Shown in pieces: positions 56,884 through 64,000 of a stretch of DNA of 64,000 nucleotides. Numbering within the stretch: the stretch's first letter is position 1; every line of letters begins with the position of its first letter. A program made the position numbers and the translations under genes. This DNA is from Octopus vulgaris (Eukaryota). The notes under the pieces were generated by a model, which ran no database searches, had not been told where the DNA came from, and saw only the letters and a program-made list of their open reading frames with translations. The DNA is taken from positions 92,008,001 through 92,072,000 of the forward strand of contig OX597819.1 of NCBI GenBank assembly GCA_951406725.2. The letters run 5' to 3'.

Positions 56884-59403
56884 ATTGTCTGGCTGTCTTT
56901 CAGTCTAGCTATCCATTTCACGCTAGGATTCAATATATCGGATCAGAAACGCAGCAATTTTCATAGATAACATTGCATTTACAATATTTCCTAGGCTCTC
57001 GTAAGCTATCCTAGGTGAGTAAAATTGATGTAATTTATGTTCTTCTCGAACCTTTGCAAGTCAATATCTACAGGAAAGATAAGAGCACGAAAGGAATTTT
57101 AAACGGTTGGCTTTCTGGGGAAGAAACGGAGAAACGTATAGAATACAAATGCTTAAGAGGGGTTGACATAAATTCATTCAATTCTAACATGCAGAGAGCG
57201 CTGTAGCACCGGTTGAGAAAGTACAGAAGGAAGAAGCGGGTCTATGGATCAGAGACTGGATGCGTCTGTGAGTGACATTGTCAGTCAGACGAGTGGCCCT
57301 TGTCCAGATGCGGTCTAGCATATCTGTGTGCAGCATTAACAGCAGCAGCAGCAGCAGCAGCACAGTCCCAGATGCAAGAGATGCACACCGCTGTGAGCTT
57401 TGTAGAGTATCGGTAATTGTTGAAGGAAGAAGTAGCTTCTGGCCTTGTAGAAAAGAATTAGACGTTGAGACGCAATCCTAGCTATGGTAAATGCGCTTTC
57501 ACCTTGAGGAATCCTCAGTGTTTGTGATACCCAATAATTGAACTGGTTTTGAGCTAGATATAATTAAGGGGTGAGTGTGGTGTAATGATATTCTTTTTAT
57601 GAGTGACAATTGAGTTTTCATGTGGTTGAAAGAGAAAAGATTTGTCGGTGTGGTTCTGGCGTGTGGTGTCTGTGTTGTGAGTGGTTGATGCATGGTTGTG
57701 GAATGGCAGAGAGGAATGAAAAGCAGTATCATCGAAGTAAGACTGAATATTGTTGGATGTGGTGGCAAATAAGTAATTTTCTTTGTGAAATTAATCAACG
57801 AATAACTCAGTATTTCGAAAACGCTTCGGAAGATGTCCGTATAATGTCGGTTCATGTGGAAAATTATTATTATCAGATAAGGTTTGATACCGCAGCCCTA
57901 TAATGAAATGTTTTTGATTTCAGGTATAATCTAATTAGGGTAACAATAATCAATGTATTCTCCCATTTTTAAAATAGTAAGAGTTGTAAGAGAAAGGAGA
58001 TTTTGTTGCTATTTTCAGCAGGTAGAGAGGTGACATAGAGGCTTTTTGTTGGCGAAAATAGTAGTTTCTTTCATGTGTGTAACCAAGGTCTTATCATGCT
58101 GTGTTTCACGATTGTAATGCAATGGTCGGTGAATGTAGTTTAGTGAAGAAATCCAGATTTGTATACATTGACCGACTCCACATTGTTCATCTCTGTCGCT
58201 GATAACATTGGCGACAGCTATCATATGCCTCATAACTGCATACATTTCTTCTGATCAATACTCTGTTATGTAAAGTCAGCATGCTTCTAAATGTCCAAGT
58301 CATTATTCGAGAAAAGAGGGAATAAAAGGCAGCGTGAATCCCTAACAATAAACTCAGATAATCAAAGTTAGTTTTACAATAAACATATATGCTGTAATAT
58401 AATGACGAGCGTATAGAAGGTCGAGAAGACCTTTAAATACACATCAATCTCTGATGTATGTGCCTTTTGCTTCAATTTGTTTCCTCCGCATATACAGATA
58501 CAAGAAATAGATAAAATTATATGAATCCAGTTTGGCTTTGAAAGCGTAGTCTGATCGCCTCCTATGCGCACATAACAATACAGTTTTGCTAAACGTGGTT
58601 TTCAAAGAACTTTGTACGAAAGAGATACAAATTAACGAATCAAATAAAATCAAAAGACATTTCCGACTATTATATTTATTTTTCCTGAGGACATTATTAA
58701 CCTAATATTCATTATGGTGATTAATTATTGATATTTTCACTTCCGCAAACCAATTAAATTCTTCCATATATAGTTCTCTGTGAGCATTACATTTACTGTG
58801 TTCTCCCCTCTAGTTCTTTAATAAGTCCTTTTTAAAATCTAAAGATGTCTGCAGATTCTGAAAACTATTTTCAGGTCTAAGTTACAGTTAAGTGGTGATG
58901 TCTTTAATTTCGGAAAAAAAAAAATTAAAATAGCAACGTGTGTGGTAATGAAAACAAGATTTAAAAAATATCTCTATCTGTACTAGTAGCAACCAGTATT
59001 CGAAGGAAGTTGATGAGAGTCATGAAGATTCTGAGGCTGTCATCGATTTATATTGAACTTTTTCATAGAAAAAAATATCTCTGGCAGCAAATCAAGTATT
59101 ATCCTGATAACTAATTGGTTGACATGTTATAACCATCCATAACCATCTACGCTAATAGACAGTGTCTCATGCTCACTATTCACGTTTAACTAGGCTGTTT
59201 TTGTTAATCAGCCTTTATTACTCAGACATATGAAAAAAGGTGTTCTACTAACGACCATCCTATCTTTGTTCATCAGACAGTATATATATTTCCCGGCATT
59301 GTGTGAATCTACGGTATTTTATAGAATGTGTGAAGCTTCAAAACAATTTATATAACTATATTATCTCTATACATTTCTCGGTATTCTTTAGAATATCAAG
59401 ATG

Positions 59404-59478
<75 letters not shown>

Positions 59479-59686
59479 GGAGAGAGAGAGAGAGGGAGGG
59501 AGGGAGAGAGAGAGAGTGGGAGAGAAAGGAGGAGAATTTTTAGGGTATATAAAAGTGCACCTGAATCTCAACAGGTGTAGTTGTTTATAAAACTTTGTAA
59601 TAGATTTATTCAATTACCAAATCGGTTTCAACAGTCTTTTGCTTATTAATGGTAAGAATAAATAAAGCGTTTAGGAAATTTTAAAG

Positions 59687-59758
<72 letters not shown>

Positions 59759-59760
<2 letters not shown>

Positions 59761-60082
59761 TAAATTCAAATTACGATGAAAGTAAACAAAGTGATCTTTT
59801 GAAGCACTGAAAGATAAGAAAATAATTCTATTCACAAACGCAGAATTTGTCGTTGGGTCAGTTTAGCTTAAAGGTAAGGCACTAGATGCGTAATCCCAGG
59901 GATGTGAGTTCGAGTCTCATGGCTGGCCGCCGACAGATTTTTCTGCAAAATATGGGTTGTTTATCCTGTTCGTGCTATATTACTAGTATTATCCTGCGTT
60001 TGAGAGCAAAACTATTTCTTTCAATACATCTCAACGTTTCTAAAGCAAACTTTGTTTACTTTCATTGTAATATGGATTTAAT
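59759..60082. mobile_element. Element with ~90-bp imperfect terminal inverted repeats enclosing a tRNA-like sequence
   Basis: ATTAAATTCAAATTACGATGAAAGTAAACAAAGT / ACTTTGTTTACTTTCATTGTAATATGGATTTAAT; flanked by (TG)n and (CA)n. Confidence 0.75.
59856..59929 (+). pseudogene. tRNA-like sequence, possibly derived from tRNA-Thr(CGT)
   Basis: Acceptor GGTCAGT/GCTGGCC, A-box TAGCTTAAAGG, T-arm GTGAG-TTCGAGT-CTCAT; anticodon stem imperfect. Confidence 0.6.
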
Positions 60083-60152
60083 ACACACACACATATATAT
60101 ACATATATATATATTTATATATATAAATATATATATATATATAGAGAGAGAG

Positions 60153-60214
<62 letters not shown>

Positions 60215-60379
60215 TAGGGTGGGTATGTTGTAAGAATTTTGCTTTCATATCCGATGGTTCCGAGTTCAGCCCCACAGCGTGGCACCTTCGGCAAGTGTAT
60301 TCTACTATAGCCTCGGATCAACCAAAGTCTTGTGAGTGGATTTGGTAGAGGGAAACTGAAAAAATCTCGTCATATATAG

Positions 60380-60411
<32 letters not shown>

Positions 60412-60625
60412 ATGCGTGTATGTTTGTGTGCCTTTGTGTCTGTGCTTTCTCCCCTTCTCCACCGTTTGTTTACTCCCTCGTGTTCTGGCAGTGTGGCAAA
60501 TAGAGCCGATAGAATAATTACCAGGCTTTAGAAAAAAGTACTGGGTTCGGTTCGTTCGATTAAAATTTCTTCATTGTGATGCTCCAGCAGGGCGGCAATA
60601 ATCTAATGGCCGAAACGAGTAAAAG
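60215..60625 (+). mobile_element. SINE family 1 bipartite copy
   Basis: Head 60215-60372, (TG)n, 3' module 60430-60625. Confidence 0.75.
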
Positions 60626-60743
60626 ATCAAGAATGATATATATATATATATATAGTGAGAATTCATGAAAAAAGCAAAAGACGAAGACAGGTGGTTTAGA
60701 AAACAAACAGAAGTAGTAGTATAACGCTCGGGAATTGAAAAAG

Positions 60744-60781
60744 TATTTTACGTTTCGAGCCTACGCTCTTCTACAGAAAGG
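60744..60781 (-). ncRNA. Minimal hammerhead motif (CUGUAGA variant) in pLTR-like repeat ~60655-60845
   Basis: Minus strand CCTTT-CTGTAGA-A-GAGC(GTAG)GCTC-GAAA-CG-TA-AAATA; same family as 48625. Confidence 0.6.
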
Positions 60782-60875
60782 AACACAGAAAGAAACAAGG
60801 AGAGAAAAACATGTGTGTAGTGACTACCCATCTATCATGGCGACTGATATATATATATATATATATATACATTAC

Positions 60876-60906
<31 letters not shown>

Positions 60907-60936
60907 CATACATACATACATACATACATACATACA

Positions 60937-60970
<34 letters not shown>

Positions 60971-61577
60971 CATACACATACGTACATACACACACACTTA
61001 TATATTCATATATATTCATATATTCATACACATAATTATTTCTTTACAGAAATAGTGACATTACGAGAAATGAAAATGATTCTCTACTGTTTTATACGTT
61101 CTCATGTACTATCGACAACTGAGACACACATTCAAACGCATAGACACGTATCTGCATGTTATATTTATAAATTCTATTAAGAATTCAATTAGGCTTTAAC
61201 ATCAATTACATAACGAAATACAACATATTTACACCTTGCTATATGAACATTGTTTACCGACGTTTGTTGCTTACGCACAAGACTGATATTTATAATTATA
61301 TTCCGAATTTAATTTTATTCGTAATGAAACATGGCAAATATATCTCGCTGTTGTATTTTAGTTGAAAAACTGAAAAACAAAATGTGAATGAGAAATGCGT
61401 TAGGAAAAAAAAAAAAAAAAAAACTCCAAAAAACTCCGGTGGTGATGAAATTAACAGAGGAAAGAAACGAAATTGAAATAAAATTTAACCAAAGAATAAA
61501 GGGTTCAGTTAATCAAATGTATGTAAATGCAAACCCAACGAAGCTTAAAGATAAATGCAATTATTTATTAGGCAAAT

Positions 61578-61617
<40 letters not shown>

Positions 61618-61699
61618 CAACGGACGACGACGACAATGATGTTAATGATGATGATGTTGATGATGATAATGATGATAATGCTACTGCTGTTGATGATGT

Positions 61700-61754
<55 letters not shown>

Positions 61755-61762
61755 GATGATGA
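61578..61762. repeat. (GAT)n microsatellite
   Basis: Direct reading. Confidence 0.95.
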
Positions 61763-62089
61763 GGACGAAGTATCGACCGGAATTATTCACCATCTTGAGA
61801 AAAAGAGGGGCTAATTGGGTTAGTAAAAACCTGACGAAATTTTGAAGTGCGTTCAACAAATAAAAGTACCGAATCATAAAAAAAAGTACACCTTGCTCTA
61901 TATAAAACAGTAGCCATTTAAATTAATGATCGGAGTCCTTCTATGTCGTAAAAATAAATAAATAAACAAATCGAGCACAACAGAAGCGGAAATATGCATA
62001 ATTCATCGAGAATGTTTCTTAAAGTATTTTGCTAAGAAAGAATAACTTCCATTTTTGAAAATGTTATTGTAATCGCTTTCTTTTCTTTC

Positions 62090-62545
62090 GAAGGCATGGG
62101 TGTGTGGTTAAGAAGGCCGTTTTGCCACCGAGTAGTTTCAGGCTCAGTCCCACTGCGCAGCACCTTGGACGAATGTCTTCTACTGTAGCCCCAAAGCCGA
62201 CCGACGCCTTGTGATGGAATTTGTAAGACGGAAACTGTGCAAAACCTCTTGCACACTCACACACACACATACACAAACACACATGCACACACACAACGCA
62301 CATAAATATGCGTAAAATATTCAAATGTGTACGTGTGTAGATGGGTAAGTCGGTGTGTTTGTGTTTGTGCGTGAGTGCGTGTGTACCTGGGTGTGTATAT
62401 GAGTGCGTGTGAGACTGTATGTGTGTGTGTGTGTGTGTGGTAGAAATGTCCCTCTCACCTCATGACAAACGGTATTGGTTTATATACGACCCCATATCTT
62501 ACGATCCAGCAAAAGAGACCGAGAGAATAGTCATCAAAGTGTTAC
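62090..62545 (+). mobile_element. SINE family 1 bipartite copy, diverged
   Basis: Head 62090-62240; partial 3' module 62450-62545. Confidence 0.65.
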
Positions 62546-62554
62546 AAAGAAGTC

Positions 62555-63197
62555 ATAAGGCAGCGGATTCCAAGCCCAAGGTCACATCATAGAAATCTAC
62601 CGTCTTCAGGTTGATTTCTATTGTGATCTTCAGGCCAAGAGAATTCAGGTTGTGGAGAAGATCCTTTCTAAGTCTATCAAGTGTGTGGCTGTTCGTCCCT
62701 CTCGATATTGACAAAGCATCTTCTCCATAAAGGTTAAATCTAGTAGAAGGGAATTTCTTATTAAGTAAGTACAGGATGTAAAAAATCAGAAACAAGGTCA
62801 CACACATCAGCGCTGTCGAATGCTCCCATCGCTACGTTGAGAAAGCCCTCTGCTGAACTGTAGGGTTTCTCTGCCTTACATGATAATGTGCATGTTATCT
62901 CCTACCACAGTTTAGGATCCAGCGAAACCAGTGTCTTATACAATAGTTTCCTCGATACAAACAGGCAAAACTTTGGTAAACCCTGCTCTACATATATCCC
63001 TTTTGGTTTTAAACCATATAATGACCTATCTGTTGTTGCGTTAAAGGGTGAGGCATCCTAATGTTGTAGCCGCCGTATTTTTTCCAGACCAACGATCTCT
63101 GAAAGGAACAAGGCGTTACTTAATTACACTGTTATCAAATATCCGGTTATTTGTTATCCAATGCAAAACTGATTACCAAGAGTGGCTGGGAAGGATT

Positions 63198-63200
<3 letters not shown>
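62555..63200 (-). pseudogene. Penelope-like element reverse transcriptase fragment (Neptune-like)
   Basis: Across frameshifts: VNPS...WKNT...IIWFK...NVAMGAFDSADVCDLV...YILYLL...NLYGEDAL (decayed GLYRDD)...DRLRKDL...LGLKITIEINLKTVDFYDVTL. Confidence 0.8.
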
Positions 63201-63240
<40 letters not shown>

Positions 63241-63291
63241 GTGTAGGAAGAAATGGAGCTGAACGAAGATTTAACAAAATTCCTTTTTATT

Positions 63292-63377
63292 ATTTTCTAC
63301 ATATGTTTCAAAGGCTGCAAAGTCCCTAATTCGGATTGAATAAGGAGTCCATTTTGCAGCCTTCTCTTCGGGAAAAT
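63292..63377 (-). ncRNA. Type I hammerhead, left arm (core CCGAAGA)
   Basis: Mirror of 63532-63617 with a U4-to-C change. Confidence 0.7.
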
Positions 63378-63531
63378 CCAAGAACTTAATTCTCCAACAA
63401 AATGCACAGCAAGCTTTTCGACAAACGCTCACGAGGAGCCCATGGAATAAATGGCCATTTATTCCATGGGATCCTCGTGAGCGTTTGTCGAAAAGCTTGC
63501 TGTGCATTTTGTTGGAGAATTAAGTTCCTGG

Positions 63532-63617
63532 ATTTTCCTGAAGAGAAGGCTGCAAAATGGACTCCTTATTCAATCCGAATTAGGGACTTTGCAGCCTTTG
63601 AAACATATGTAGAAAAT
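63532..63617 (+). ncRNA. Type I hammerhead ribozyme, canonical core
   Basis: ATTTTC-CTGAAGA-GAAGGCTGCAAA...TTTGCAGCCTTT-GAAA-CATATG-TA-GAAAAT; 6-bp stem I, 12-bp stem II, palindromic stem III, GUA site. Confidence 0.85.
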
Positions 63618-63935
63618 AATAAAAAGGAATTTTGTTAAATCTTCGTTCAGCTCCATTTCTTCCTACACTAAATATATAAAACTTCAAATTTCCGCACTAA
63701 GGCACGGATTTTAGGCCCCATGGTCGTAACCTCAACCGTGCTTTTTCTGTTGTGATTTTTGCTACCCAGGTGTCGGTTATCACTTGAATAATCCGTAATA
63801 AGATAATTCATTTATCTACTTCAATATATATATATATATATATGTACGTATGTATATATGTATGTATATATGTATGTATGCGTGCATGCGTGCATGTATG
63901 TGGGTATATGTATATATATGTATCTCCCCCCTCTT

Positions 63936-63971
<36 letters not shown>

Positions 63972-64000
63972 ATGTTTTAGTATATAAAGTAGTTATGTGA

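Larger units (their letters stand above)
63231..63678. repeat. 448-bp spacerless palindrome (inverted PLE pLTR pair)
   Basis: Centre TGG|CCA at 63454/63455; 224-bp arms with 3 mismatches seen by eye; mirror ORFs 63271-63507(-) and 63402-63638(+). Confidence 0.95.

Noticed and set aside
57200-57860. Less AT-rich segment with (CAG)n, possibly an exon or LINE endonuclease remnant
   Set aside because: No continuous frame or recognisable motif could be established.
59856-59929. Functional tRNA gene
   Set aside because: The anticodon stem is mispaired and the sequence is embedded in an inverted-repeat element; kept as tRNA-like only.
63271-63638. Mirror-image 78-aa ORFs on opposite strands
   Set aside because: A consequence of the palindrome; no recognisable domain, and they overlap the ribozyme.

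Overview
AT-rich eukaryotic non-coding DNA, saturated with microsatellites and transposable elements. No intact host gene is supported: nearly all ORFs in the track are microsatellite translations. The SINE families and repeat density suggest an octopus/coleoid cephalopod genome (inference). Contents: (1) three young 5'-truncated Tx1/L1-clade LINE copies, each bounded on both sides by (TATC)n, plus an older relative inside (ATT)n; (2) restriction-like-endonuclease (RLE) retrotransposon remnants next to (TAA)n and (CATA)n; (3) a Penelope-like (PLE) reverse transcriptase remnant and many pLTR-like fragments in (TA)n carrying about 9 minimal hammerhead ribozyme motifs, including a 448-bp near-perfect palindrome with a hammerhead on each strand; (4) a three-copy motif that reads as a hammerhead with its three core strands in a non-circular, pseudoknotted order, with compensatory base changes; (5) at least four tRNA-derived SINE families, Tc1 and mariner remnants, a non-autonomous Helitron, and a tRNA-like sequence enclosed by long inverted repeats. 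Boundaries were read by eye and are approximate for old elements. All RNA structures are manual predictions.
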